A stretch of DNA of 54,039 nucleotides, taken from NCBI GenBank assembly GCA_041572575.1, contig JBFFSH010000005.1:1-54039 (forward strand), written 5' to 3'. A program made the translations under genes and the position numbers. Numbering within the stretch: the first letter of the stretch is position 1; each line of letters opens with the position of its first letter. Under the pieces are notes generated by a model. It was not told the origin of the DNA. It did not search any database and worked only from the letters and a program-made list of their open reading frames with translations. Source of the stretch: Thermodesulfobacteriota bacterium (lineage in GTDB: Bacteria > Desulfobacterota_D > UBA1144 > Nemesobacterales > N074bin48). Shown here in pieces: positions 11,801 through 20,837 of the stretch.

Positions 11801-12042
11801 TCCGCCCAATCTTCATGAGCACCACGACAAGCGTATTCGGCATGCTTCCGCTTGTACTTTTCCCGGGTTCAGGTTCTGAGCTTTACAGAGGGCTTGGAAG
11901 TGTGGTCGTTGGAGGGCTTGTTGTCTCAACTATCTTTACCCTTTTTCTAGTCCCTTCTGTTTTTAGCATGGTCTTGGATTTTAGGGAAAGGTTGTCCATA
12001 CCATCCCTAAATAAAATTGAATCGAAAGTGGTTAGTGAGTAA
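8872..12042 (+). CDS. RND efflux permease, AcrB/AcrD/AcrF family
   Basis: 1056 aa; GMVIDNSIVVLENI, GIVVNNAIL, RIRPIFMS motifs. Confidence 0.95.
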   Translation: MKLVESSILKPVSVVVGVIFVVLFGLISLFKIPVQLTPDVEKPRITVETRWIGGSPTEVETEIVREQEDELKTVQGLTEMTSESSDGSGKVILEFAVGTDIDASLVDVSNKLEQVREYPSDADRPVISNVDVRSSAIAWFILKPLPGNETDINTYHDFTEDFIKPRFERVPGVGSSNVFGGREREMQIIFNPNSLAARGITLLDMARAIDAENDNYSGGAFDEGKRRYIVRTIGQYKSVKDIENVVITRKGGSPVYVKDVAKVKLGYKDPDFAVRQNGAAAIAVNAVKESGANTIDVMDGLLKAVDELNVGLLKDKGLYITNVYRETSYIVGAIDLVKQNLIIGGMLAIAVLLLFLRSSSSTIVVATAIPISIIGTFIVMALLGRTINVISLAGMSFAVGMVIDNSIVVLENIYRHMQMGKTRVQAAFDGATEVWGAVLASTLTTAAVFLPVIFVQEQAGQLFKDIAIAISVSVVLSLIIAITVIPTFSSKILKIAKQQDGNNFFNLWGHDAFAKNIAGYISSTVDKILSDNKLRLTVVGGFTFGAIFLSFLMFPKTEYLPTGNRNLVMGILIPPPGYNIGEFTAIGKKIEKDLKPYWEAKPGSKEAKKLKGPTIKNFFYVARGRSVFMGAVANDPGRVNELKPIMQSALRKIPGMIAIVLQRSLFQRGLGEGRNLNIQITGPDIEKLVGLGQKIFFSVMKKFPDGQWRPIPSLDLGNPEVQVITNRERAADVGITNEELGFSVNALVDGVQVSDYLIGGDEIDLVIRGEDKYSSRTHEIENLYINSSTGELFTIGSVAKVQVTNGPEQINHYERQRTIAIQVTPSEQMPLETAIDIVNKDILAPLKASGELGGEYNVQLTGTADDLTVTRRALQWNFVLAAVIAFLLMASLFESFVYPFVIMFSVPLAAFGGFLGLRILNIFTVQALDVLTMLGFVILIGIVVNNAILIVHQALNNMKEQGMANRDAISESVKTRIRPIFMSTTTSVFGMLPLVLFPGSGSELYRGLGSVVVGGLVVSTIFTLFLVPSVFSMVLDFRERLSIPSLNKIESKVVSE

Positions 12043-12102
12043 TTAGATATTTGTGTTTGACCCTCTGGAAGTTTATCTATTAATTGTTATATAATATAGT
12101 AT

Positions 12103-14271
12103 ATGAATACTAGATATAATATCTTTCCAATTATTTGCTTGTTGTTTTTTGCTTGCTCTGATGTTAATGAGAATGTTCCTTCTGAAAAGATTATCAACGA
12201 ACCAGGCTTATACCCAATAAGTATAAATCACAAATACGGTTATATAGATAAAACCGGAAAGATTGTGATTGAGCCGCAGTTTGATTTTGCACTAAGTTAT
12301 TTTGAAGACCTGGCAGTTGTGTTAAGTGGTGATAAATTTGGATTTATAGATGATAAGGGACAATTTGAAATAGAACCACAATATGATATGGCTGTTCCAT
12401 TTCAAGAGGGTGTTGCAGAAGTTCTTTCAGGAAAACAGTCCAAATTCATAAACAAGAATGGTGCAGAAATTTTCAAAGGTGAATATGAAGATGTTAACTA
12501 TATAAATGAAGGCTTGGCATCATTTAAGAAAGATGACAAATATGGGATTATCAACAAAGCAGGAAAAGTAATTATAGAACCGAAGTTCGACTGGATTTCG
12601 GATTTCAAAGAAGGACTGGCCAGAGTAACTATTGAAAAGAAAAAGGGATATATTGATAAAAGAGGCAAACTTGTTATTAGTGCCAAGTATGATTATGCAT
12701 ATATTTTTGAAGAAGGACTTACAGCTGTAAAAGTTAAAGATAAATGGGGATATATCGATAAATCAGGGGGTTATGTTATTAAACCCAGGTTTGAAGGTGC
12801 AAGTTTTTGGGGCTTTGAAGATGGACAAACTTCTGTGATGGAAAACGGTAAATGGGGATTAATTGATAAAAAGGGTAATTACATAATAAATCCTAGTTCA
12901 GATAGTATTTTAAAATTTTCTGAAAACCTCGCTCCATATGTAATAAATAACAAAAAAGGATACATAGATATAAATGGAAATATTGTTATAGAGCCAAAGT
13001 ACGATGATGCAACAATGTTTAAGTCAGGTCTTGCTGCAGTAAGGGTTAGTGGTTTGTATGGATATATAAATACTAATGGAAAATTTATATTAAAACCTCA
13101 GTTTGAAAACCCTAATTTTTTTGATGAGAATGGAATAACTTTGGCTGAGTATGGTGGTGAAAAGGGATTTATTGATAAAAATGAAAACTGGAAAATTAAA
13201 TTAAAACCTAATCTATATTGCACGCTTGCTTCAGAATTTCATGAAGAGATGTCTCTAATAGGTGTAAATGGTGTATTTGAGTTTGGATTTATAAACAGTA
13301 AAGGAGAATTAGTATATGGGCAGGAAGGAGGAGATAAAAAAATACCAAGACATTTTTCTGAAGGACTTGCTCAAATATTTAAAAATGGAAAATGGGGCTA
13401 TATAGACAAGACCGGACATATTGTAATAGAACCTAAATTTGATTTTGCCGGTCCATTCTCAGAAGGGTTAGCAAGAATAAGGACTAAGGAAGGATCGGGC
13501 TACATTGATAAGTCCGGATCAGTAGTTATAGAGCCAAAATTTAATTCAGTCAGTGAATTTTCAGAAGGTCTTGCCTGGGCTGGGGGTGGATATATAAATA
13601 AATCTGGCGAATTTGTCATAGGACCTCATATTGATGATAATAGAATTACAACCTACGGATTTGAAATACAAGAAGAACAAAAAAAATGTAATAAGAATAA
13701 AGAGAAAAAAATTTGTAAGAGAGTAGATTTTTATGATCGGGGTACAAATTTTTCAGAGGGATTAGCCTCAGTTTGTATCAGGGGGAGATGCGGATATATA
13801 GATAAAACAGGAAATAAGGTCATAGATTTCAAATTCAGCAGAGCTTTGAAATTTTCTGAGGGGTTAGCAAGGGTTACCACTGATGAAAAATGGGGATACA
13901 TAGATAAAACTGGCGAAATAGTAATTAAAGAAAAATATGATTTTGTTCGTGATTTTAATTCGGGTGCTGCTATGGTAGATACTGGTGATGAGGGTAAAAA
14001 ATATGGATTTATAAATCAAAAAGGTGAGTGGATTATAGAACCAAGCGAGCACGCAAGCCTGAATTATAGTGAGGGCTTGGTTTTTCATTCTATAGGAAAT
14101 CCTTATTTGAACCCCAGATATGGTTATATGGATCAAAATGGAGAGTATGTAATAAAGCCAAAATATAAAGATGTATCTAATTTTTCAGAAGGTCTGGCAT
14201 GTGTCACAACCTGGGGCAAAAGCGGCTACATAAACACCAAAGGGCAGTGGATTTGGAAGCCTACTCGGTAG
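12103..14271 (+). CDS. WG-repeat (KWG-type) lipoprotein
   Basis: Lipobox LFFAC; about 19 repeats of K(W/Y)G(Y/F)I(D/N)xxG..P.(F/Y)..F.EGLA. Confidence 0.9.
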   Translation: MNTRYNIFPIICLLFFACSDVNENVPSEKIINEPGLYPISINHKYGYIDKTGKIVIEPQFDFALSYFEDLAVVLSGDKFGFIDDKGQFEIEPQYDMAVPFQEGVAEVLSGKQSKFINKNGAEIFKGEYEDVNYINEGLASFKKDDKYGIINKAGKVIIEPKFDWISDFKEGLARVTIEKKKGYIDKRGKLVISAKYDYAYIFEEGLTAVKVKDKWGYIDKSGGYVIKPRFEGASFWGFEDGQTSVMENGKWGLIDKKGNYIINPSSDSILKFSENLAPYVINNKKGYIDINGNIVIEPKYDDATMFKSGLAAVRVSGLYGYINTNGKFILKPQFENPNFFDENGITLAEYGGEKGFIDKNENWKIKLKPNLYCTLASEFHEEMSLIGVNGVFEFGFINSKGELVYGQEGGDKKIPRHFSEGLAQIFKNGKWGYIDKTGHIVIEPKFDFAGPFSEGLARIRTKEGSGYIDKSGSVVIEPKFNSVSEFSEGLAWAGGGYINKSGEFVIGPHIDDNRITTYGFEIQEEQKKCNKNKEKKICKRVDFYDRGTNFSEGLASVCIRGRCGYIDKTGNKVIDFKFSRALKFSEGLARVTTDEKWGYIDKTGEIVIKEKYDFVRDFNSGAAMVDTGDEGKKYGFINQKGEWIIEPSEHASLNYSEGLVFHSIGNPYLNPRYGYMDQNGEYVIKPKYKDVSNFSEGLACVTTWGKSGYINTKGQWIWKPTR

Positions 14272-14474
14272 AATCTCTTAATTCTGCTATTAGAGACATA
14301 TAAATCGCAATACAGGACTGGATTTTCGTATTTCTTTCTGATTTTTGATCAATTGTTAAAAAAATTTTCATAAAATCCTTTATTAACAATATTTTATATG
14401 GTAAAGTTATTACCAAGCTATAGTGTACAGTAAAAAAGCAAACTATTTTTAACCCGGAGGCGGAAAAAAGTAAT

Positions 14475-14966
14475 ATGTTAAGTAAAAAAATTGAGAATGC
14501 ACTGAATGAACAGATAAAATATGAGTATTTTTCATCTTACCTATATCTTGCCATGTCTGCTTACTGCGATTCTCAAAATTTTCAGGGATTTGCAAACTGG
14601 ATGAGAACTCAGAGCACTGAAGAGATGACTCACGCTCTAAAGCTCTATGATTTTGTCTTAAACAGAGACGGAAACATTAAGCTCAAATCAATTCCGGAAC
14701 CTCCCCAAAAATATACATCTATTGAAAAGATTTTTAAACAGGTTTATGAACATGAAATTCATGTAACAGGATTAATAAATAAACTCTATGAGCTTGCGAT
14801 TAAAGAGAATGACCACGCGACAGCAGTTGAGCTGCAGTGGTTTATTCAGGAGCAGGTAGAAGAGGAAAGAAGTTCTAAAGATATTTGGGAAAAATTAAAA
14901 CTTGCCGGCTCTAATAGCTCGGCATTACTCATACTCGACCGGGAATTATCGGAAAGACAAGTCTAA
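14475..14966 (+). CDS. ftnA: Non-heme ferritin
   Basis: ALNEQIKYE, YLYLAMS, EEMTHA, YEHE, LQWFIQEQVEEE ferroxidase ligands. Confidence 0.93.
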   Translation: MLSKKIENALNEQIKYEYFSSYLYLAMSAYCDSQNFQGFANWMRTQSTEEMTHALKLYDFVLNRDGNIKLKSIPEPPQKYTSIEKIFKQVYEHEIHVTGLINKLYELAIKENDHATAVELQWFIQEQVEEERSSKDIWEKLKLAGSNSSALLILDRELSERQV

Positions 14967-15000
14967 CACAACTGTATTTACCTCCTTTAATAAATTTCAT

Positions 15001-15034
15001 AAAAAAGAGGCTTTTTTAAGCCTCTTTTTTTTTA
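15001..15034 (+). terminator. Intrinsic terminator, possibly bidirectional
   Basis: AAAAAAGAGGCTT-tttt-AAGCCTCTTTTTT plus T-run after ferritin. Confidence 0.85.
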
Positions 15035-15057
15035 ATTTATCTATCTAATAAACTTAT

Positions 15058-16599
15058 ATGACCGCAAGTACAACCCGTAATAACAGCTGTAAGAATATAG
15101 AAGACAGGTATAGGGTTTTACTAGATATAAATAACGCAATTATTTCCTATACTGATCTAGATGAGCTTCTTGCCAAGGTCGCAGCAAAGCTGGATGAAAT
15201 TTTCTTCTACGATGTTTCTACCATTACTCTATACGATCCTGAAAAAAATAAGCTTATCATGACTGCGTTTGGTAAACTTCACGGAGCGGACAGCATCGCG
15301 CCTGGTACCGAGCTTACTATGGAAGGAAGCCATGCAGGATGGGTTTATAAGAATAATAAACCTCTTATAGTAAATGACTTATCCAAGAGAAAACGATTTG
15401 AGTTTGATAAAACTCTATATAAAGAAGGTATTAGATCATATGTAGTCGTACCACTTATAGCCATGGATACAACTATAGGGACGCTTCATCTGGGCAGTTT
15501 GAGCCCTGAGAGATTTAAAGATGTCGACAGAGAGTTCCTTTTGCTAATAGCAAAACAGGTTGCGCTTGCAATTAATAATGCTAACTGCATAAAAGAAATT
15601 GAGGAGCTTAAGGAAAAGGTCGAAGGGGAAAATATATACCTTCAGGAGGAGATTAAACTTGAGCATAATTTTGAAGAGATTGTGGGACAGAGCAAGAAAC
15701 TAAAAGAAGTACTAAAACAAATAGAGCTTGTGGCAGAGACTGATAGCACGGTGCTTATAAGGGGAGAAACAGGAACCGGCAAAGAGCTGATAGCAAGAGC
15801 TATTCATAATCTGAGCAAAAGGAAAGACAGACCGCTAATTAAAGTGAACTGCCCGGCAATTCCGGCGGGGTTGATAGAGAGTGAACTATTCGGTCATGAA
15901 AAAGGTGCATTTACAACTGCAATAGCTCAGCAAATAGGTAAATTTGAGCTTGCCGACTGCGGCACAATTTTTTTGGATGAGCTTGGTGACCTGCCGCTCG
16001 ATGCTCAGGCAAAGCTTCTCAGAGTGATTCAGGAAAGGGAGTTTGAGAGGGTAGGGGGAAGTAAACATATCAATGTAGACGTACGAATAATTGCTGCAAC
16101 AAACAGGAGCCTTGAGGACGCAGTTTCGGCAGGAAATTTTAGAAGTGATTTGTTCTTTAGGTTAAATGTGTTTCCCATTAATCTTCCCCCTCTTAGAGAG
16201 AGAAAAGATGATATACTTCTTATTTCTAAATACTTTATTCAAAAGTACATGAACAAGATGGGAAAAGATCTTAAATCTGTAAGCGATTCCACTTTAAATG
16301 ATCTAAAGAACTATCACTGGCCTGGAAATATCAGAGAGCTTGAGAACATCATAGAAAGAGGTGTCATACTTTCTACAAACGATAAGCTAAGTATTCCAAA
16401 AGACATGTTTGGATCCCCAATATCTTCCGAGCATAGTTACCAAACACTGGATGATCTTGAAAGAAACCACATCATTCAGACCCTAAATGATACCGGCTGG
16501 CAAATAAGCGGTGAAAAAGGAGCTGCCAAAATACTTGGTATAAATCCTAACACCCTTAGAAGTAAAATGCAGAAACTCGGTATTGAAAAACCTAATTAA
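15058..16599 (+). CDS. Sigma54-dependent activator (GAF + AAA+ + Fis HTH), FhlA-like
   Basis: GAF domain; GETGTGKE, ESELFGHEKGAFTTA (GAFTGA variant), FLDE, WPGNIREL; C-terminal HTH. Confidence 0.93.
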   Translation: MTASTTRNNSCKNIEDRYRVLLDINNAIISYTDLDELLAKVAAKLDEIFFYDVSTITLYDPEKNKLIMTAFGKLHGADSIAPGTELTMEGSHAGWVYKNNKPLIVNDLSKRKRFEFDKTLYKEGIRSYVVVPLIAMDTTIGTLHLGSLSPERFKDVDREFLLLIAKQVALAINNANCIKEIEELKEKVEGENIYLQEEIKLEHNFEEIVGQSKKLKEVLKQIELVAETDSTVLIRGETGTGKELIARAIHNLSKRKDRPLIKVNCPAIPAGLIESELFGHEKGAFTTAIAQQIGKFELADCGTIFLDELGDLPLDAQAKLLRVIQEREFERVGGSKHINVDVRIIAATNRSLEDAVSAGNFRSDLFFRLNVFPINLPPLRERKDDILLISKYFIQKYMNKMGKDLKSVSDSTLNDLKNYHWPGNIRELENIIERGVILSTNDKLSIPKDMFGSPISSEHSYQTLDDLERNHIIQTLNDTGWQISGEKGAAKILGINPNTLRSKMQKLGIEKPN

Positions 16600-16636
16600 C
16601 GAAACCTTCACTTAACAAGCCAAACAAACCAAATTC

Positions 16637-16686
16637 ATGATATATCGTAAATGTTACGGCATATCGTATTTTCATTCTATATCGAA
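16637..16686. promoter_or_regulatory. Putative enhancer (UAS): three ATATCG-containing sites
   Basis: ATATCG at 16642, 16661 and 16679, inside imperfect palindromes ATGATATATCGT and ACGGCATATCGT; 75-120 bp upstream of the sigma54 promoter. Confidence 0.5.
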
Positions 16687-16757
16687 ATATCATTTCTTGT
16701 TGCAGAATATTTAATTATTACAGATAGTTATATCAGTAATTTCTTTTTTTCCAGCCC

Positions 16758-16773
16758 TGGCACGCTTATTGTA
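16758..16773 (+). promoter_or_regulatory. Sigma54 (-24/-12) promoter
   Basis: TGGCAC-GCTTA-TTGTA versus consensus TGGCAC-N5-TTGC; directly downstream of a sigma54 activator gene. Confidence 0.75.
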
Positions 16774-16824
16774 CTTATATGAGTAAACGTAAATTAATAC
16801 TGAAGAGTAAATTAAAGGTAAGAG

Positions 16825-17094
16825 ATGCTTAAAATTACAGAAATAAACAGTTCAGAAAGTAAGGTTGAACTTAAGCTTGAGGGCAAGATAGTCGGCACAT
16901 GCATAGACTATCTGTCAGAAGTTTGTGCGGATTTTGATAAGAGGCAAGTTGAAGAGGTATTGCTTGATTTTTCCGGTGTCAGATATGTGGAGTCTGGCGG
17001 GGTAGAAAATTTGCAAAAATTAATGAAAGACAATATCAAGATAAAAAATTGCCCTATCTTTATTGAAGAGTTGTTAAAAAAATCGAATTTATAA
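16825..17094 (+). CDS. Small STAS-like (anti-anti-sigma fold) protein
   Basis: LKLEGKI..VLLDFSGVRYVESGGV pattern; 89 aa. Confidence 0.75.
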   Translation: MLKITEINSSESKVELKLEGKIVGTCIDYLSEVCADFDKRQVEEVLLDFSGVRYVESGGVENLQKLMKDNIKIKNCPIFIEELLKKSNL

Positions 17095-17105
17095 GGAGTA
17101 ATCAA

Positions 17106-17789
17106 ATGGGAAGAATTGAGAATTATGTAAATCATGCTACAAGCAACAATGCAGCGGCGGTTATTAACAATAATATCGGTATCAGAAATAAGGATAACGA
17201 AATCAAGCTTACCGATGAGCAGCTTATAAAAGATTATGTAGAAAATAATAATGAACAGGCATTCAACCTTATTATTAAGAGGTACGAAAATATTGTTTTT
17301 GGACTGGCGTATAGAATAATAGGAAATCACTCCCTTTGTGAAGAGGTAATGCAGGAGGTCTTTTTAATTCTTACAAAGAAACTCTCCACATTTAGAGAAG
17401 AGTCGAAATTTTCAACATGGCTATACAGGGTAGTAGTTAATGTATGTTATCTGTACAAAAAAACCGAGTACAAACACACAAGCAACTTAAGGCTGGATAA
17501 GGAAATGAATGATGATGGAGATACTAAGTTTATAGATAATCTTGAGGACAAAAGAGCCTGTAGCCCTTATGAAGAAAGTAAGAGCTCTGAGATGATAGAG
17601 ATGGTTGAAAGGGAGTTGAAAAATCTGCCCGAAAAATACAGAGTGGTTTTTGTACTAAGAGACGTTGATGGGCTTACAAACCCAGAAGTTGCAAAAATAC
17701 TTGGTATCACACTTGCAGCCGTTAAGTCACGAATTTTAAGGGCAAGAAAATTTCTTAAGTCCAGACTGCAAAATAAACTCAAGATTTGA
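17106..17789 (+). CDS. ECF sigma-70 factor
   Basis: Region 2 EEVMQEVFL..KFSTWLYRV; region 4 LPEKYRVVFVLRDVDGL..VKSRILRAR; GGAG RBS. Confidence 0.93.
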   Translation: MGRIENYVNHATSNNAAAVINNNIGIRNKDNEIKLTDEQLIKDYVENNNEQAFNLIIKRYENIVFGLAYRIIGNHSLCEEVMQEVFLILTKKLSTFREESKFSTWLYRVVVNVCYLYKKTEYKHTSNLRLDKEMNDDGDTKFIDNLEDKRACSPYEESKSSEMIEMVERELKNLPEKYRVVFVLRDVDGLTNPEVAKILGITLAAVKSRILRARKFLKSRLQNKLKI

Positions 17790-17899
17790 ATCCTGTTTGA
17801 TGAAATTTAGCTCATATTATAATAATATAATGAATGTGGGTTATTGTACGCTGGGTTATGTAACTCGTTGCTAATATACTAATCATGTACGGAGAAAAT

Positions 17900-18361
17900 A
17901 TGAGTAAATTAGGCTTTTGCAGTTTTATTATTTTGTCACTTTTTCTTTCCACAAACATTTTTGCAGCAACAGACCTAAAAATTAATCCTAAACTAAGATA
18001 TAGCAGCGACACAAACGACGGGCCGCTTATAACCGGTAAGGATTTAAACAGCGCAAAACTCAGTTCGGACAAGCCCTCTTATGTGATTTTTTATCATAGA
18101 GAGTGCTATAATTCCAAACGTCAGGCTAAAAGAATTGTGGAGCTGTATGATAAGTATAAAGAAAAAGTGAATTTTGTTGTGATCGATTTGGATCAGATAA
18201 GAAACAACGATCAGGTTAAGCTCAAAAGAAAGTACTATAAAAACTATATACCGCATGTAACCATGATCAGTAAAGGTGGAAGTGTTCTGTACGATAGAGC
18301 CGGAGAAATAAGTACTCAACATCTCTTCGATATACTCGATAAAGAGATTGATAAAAAATAG
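17900..18361 (+). CDS. Exported thioredoxin-fold protein with CxxS motif
   Basis: GGAG RBS before ATG 17900; signal peptide; VIFYHRECYNS, VNFVVIDLD, cis-Pro YIPH. Confidence 0.65.
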   Translation: MSKLGFCSFIILSLFLSTNIFAATDLKINPKLRYSSDTNDGPLITGKDLNSAKLSSDKPSYVIFYHRECYNSKRQAKRIVELYDKYKEKVNFVVIDLDQIRNNDQVKLKRKYYKNYIPHVTMISKGGSVLYDRAGEISTQHLFDILDKEIDKK

Positions 18362-18443
18362 AAAGATTTGTTAACACATGGTCAATAGTTAAGTAAAATG
18401 ATTGCTGTAACTGTATTACGATAAAGAGGAAACGGAGGCTGTA

Positions 18444-20837
18444 TTGATAGGTCTGATACGAAAGTACACTAAATGGCTTCATACCCAGTGGCCGGCTGGA
18501 ATTGTAGAAAAACTGCCTCAGGTAAATGAAGATTATTCCACAAATATACCCGGGCTATATATCGTTGGTGACCTAACTGGTATTCCTCTTCTCAAATTTT
18601 CATCTGATAGTGGTGCTAAAGCTGTTGATAGTATAATTGCTGACTCTGATTTCCAGAATAAAAAGGGTAAGGATCATGAAGTTCTGGATCTTGTGATTAT
18701 TGGTGCCGGAGTCTCAGGGATGGCAGCGGCGCTTGAAGCCAAGAAAAATAATCTTAATTTCGAGATATTTGAGGCAACCGAGCCGTTTTCTACGGTAGTA
18801 AATTTCCCAAAAGGAAAGCCCATCTACACATATCCTACCGATATGGTACCGAGGGGAGACCTGCAGTTTACAGCAGAAGTAAAAGAACCTCTAGTAGAGG
18901 AGCTAAAAGCCCAGACTCTTGATAAAGGGGTTGTTCCTAAAATTAAGAGAGTGGAGAAAGTTGAAAAGAAAGGGGATACGTTTGAACTACATATTCCTAA
19001 AGAAGATAATCTAAAAGCAAGACGTGTTATCGTTGGTATAGGGCGTTCAGGAAATTTCAGGAAGCTTGGTATACCCGGGGAAAATCTTGATAAGGTATCA
19101 AACAGGCTTCATGACCCAAAGGACTATTGCAGCAAAAATGTACTTGTAGTGGGTGGGGGAGACAGTGCACTTGAAACTGCTATTTCTATTGCACAGTGTG
19201 GCGGGTACGTGACACTCTCTTATCGTAAAGAAGAATTTTCAAGGCCAAAACCTGAGAATATTGAAAAAATAAACATGCTCAGAGAAGATCCCATGGCCGA
19301 TGTTGCTATTGAGACGCCGACCTCTGAGAGAGTAACTACAAGCTCTGGTAATTTTCTGGGCGAGGATAGAAAGCCTGGAAGCATTAACCTGATAATGAAA
19401 AGTAGTGTAAGGCAAATAAGTGAAAGTGAGGTAAAACTACTAAACTCTGAGGGAAACGAAGTTGCAATTCCAAATGACGCAGTATTTTCAATGATAGGCA
19501 GAGAAGCCCCGCTCGAGTTCTTTAGAAGAAGCGGAGTTAAAATTTCTGGTGAGCTTGGAATAAAAGGCTTGGTGTCGATGATTGCGTTTTTGCTTTTCTG
19601 TGCATTTGTCTATACATGGAAGGCCGGAGGTACTGTTACAAAGTTCTTTCAGGAAAGAAATACTTTTCCTCATAATATACCGGATATATTTGTACAGCTT
19701 GGCGCAAAGATGGACGAGCTTGTCTCAATTCCTGTGACTGTCACGGGCTCACTTGCTATTACAGTTTCTGAACCAGGCTTTTATTACTCGCTTCTGTATA
19801 CAAGTCTGGTCGTTATATTTGGTTACAAAAGAATTAAAAGAAGAAAAACTCCTTATATAAAGCTACAAACAATTTCACTTGCTTGTGTTCAGGTAATTCC
19901 CCTGTTTTTGCTTCCGTATTTTGTGCTGCCGCTTATGGGTATTTATGGTGTTTTTGATTCAGGAGTTATTAAAACCATTGCCGATGAGCTATTTCCACAG
20001 GTTACATATGGTCATGGACGGGAATACTGGAGGGCGTTTGGATTCATACTTGCCTGGCCGCTATTTATCTGGAACGTCTTTAGCTATCAGCCTCTTTGGG
20101 GATGGTTAATCATTAGTCTGATCCAAACCTTTGTTATCATTCCTTTTATTATATACCGCTGGGGTAAGGGCGCTTACTGCGGCTGGCTTTGTTCATGCGG
20201 CGCTATGGCTGAAACACTGGGTGATACACACAGACACAAGATGCCTCACGGTGCAAAATGGAACAGGCTAAACATGATAGGACAGGTTATACTTCTGCTG
20301 GCATTCATACTGCTTATTACAAGAGTTGTATCATGGGCAACACCTGACAGTGAAATAGGCCAGTCTATAAGAGGTTTTTACGAAGGTTTTTTATATGGCT
20401 GGTCATTTAAGGGCATCGAGCTTAATTATAAATGGATAGTAGATCTGCTTCTTGCAGGAATAGTTGGATATGGATTTTATTTCTGGTACTCAGGCAGAGT
20501 ATGGTGCAGGTTTATGTGCCCACTGGCAGCGCTTATGCATATTTTTGCAAGGTTTAGTAAGTTCAGGATTATTGCCGATAAAAAGAAATGCATATCGTGT
20601 AATGTTTGCACATCAGTGTGCCATCAGGGAATAGATATTATGAACTTTGCAAACAAGGGTCTGCCGATGGATGACCCCGAGTGTGTCAGGTGTAGTGCGT
20701 GTGTTCAGTCCTGCCCCACAGGCGTGCTTCAGTTTGGTCAGATAGATACTAAGACAGGACAAACATTAAAAGTCGACGGTCTTGCAGCTTCACCAGTGCT
20801 AATGAAAGAAAGTGCAGTATCAATTAGTGAAAATTGA
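18444..20837 (+). CDS. FAD/NAD(P)-dependent oxidoreductase (TrxB/YpdA-like) fused to a NapH/FixG-like membrane 4Fe-4S domain
   Basis: IIGAGVSG, VVGGGDSALE; TM region with CGWLCSCG and WCRFMCP; CISCNVCTSVC and CVRCSACVQSCP. Confidence 0.85.
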   Translation: MIGLIRKYTKWLHTQWPAGIVEKLPQVNEDYSTNIPGLYIVGDLTGIPLLKFSSDSGAKAVDSIIADSDFQNKKGKDHEVLDLVIIGAGVSGMAAALEAKKNNLNFEIFEATEPFSTVVNFPKGKPIYTYPTDMVPRGDLQFTAEVKEPLVEELKAQTLDKGVVPKIKRVEKVEKKGDTFELHIPKEDNLKARRVIVGIGRSGNFRKLGIPGENLDKVSNRLHDPKDYCSKNVLVVGGGDSALETAISIAQCGGYVTLSYRKEEFSRPKPENIEKINMLREDPMADVAIETPTSERVTTSSGNFLGEDRKPGSINLIMKSSVRQISESEVKLLNSEGNEVAIPNDAVFSMIGREAPLEFFRRSGVKISGELGIKGLVSMIAFLLFCAFVYTWKAGGTVTKFFQERNTFPHNIPDIFVQLGAKMDELVSIPVTVTGSLAITVSEPGFYYSLLYTSLVVIFGYKRIKRRKTPYIKLQTISLACVQVIPLFLLPYFVLPLMGIYGVFDSGVIKTIADELFPQVTYGHGREYWRAFGFILAWPLFIWNVFSYQPLWGWLIISLIQTFVIIPFIIYRWGKGAYCGWLCSCGAMAETLGDTHRHKMPHGAKWNRLNMIGQVILLLAFILLITRVVSWATPDSEIGQSIRGFYEGFLYGWSFKGIELNYKWIVDLLLAGIVGYGFYFWYSGRVWCRFMCPLAALMHIFARFSKFRIIADKKKCISCNVCTSVCHQGIDIMNFANKGLPMDDPECVRCSACVQSCPTGVLQFGQIDTKTGQTLKVDGLAASPVLMKESAVSISEN

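Noticed and set aside
12103-14271. CRISPR or DNA tandem array
   Set aside because: Repeats are degenerate at DNA level and conserved only as protein WG repeats; I saw no CRISPR array or cas gene in the window
14399-14415. Sigma54 promoter or Fur box upstream of ferritin (TGGTAA-agtta-TTACCA)
   Set aside because: The -12 element is TTAC rather than TTGC and it does not match the Fur consensus; a 6-bp inverted repeat in AT-rich DNA is too weak to call
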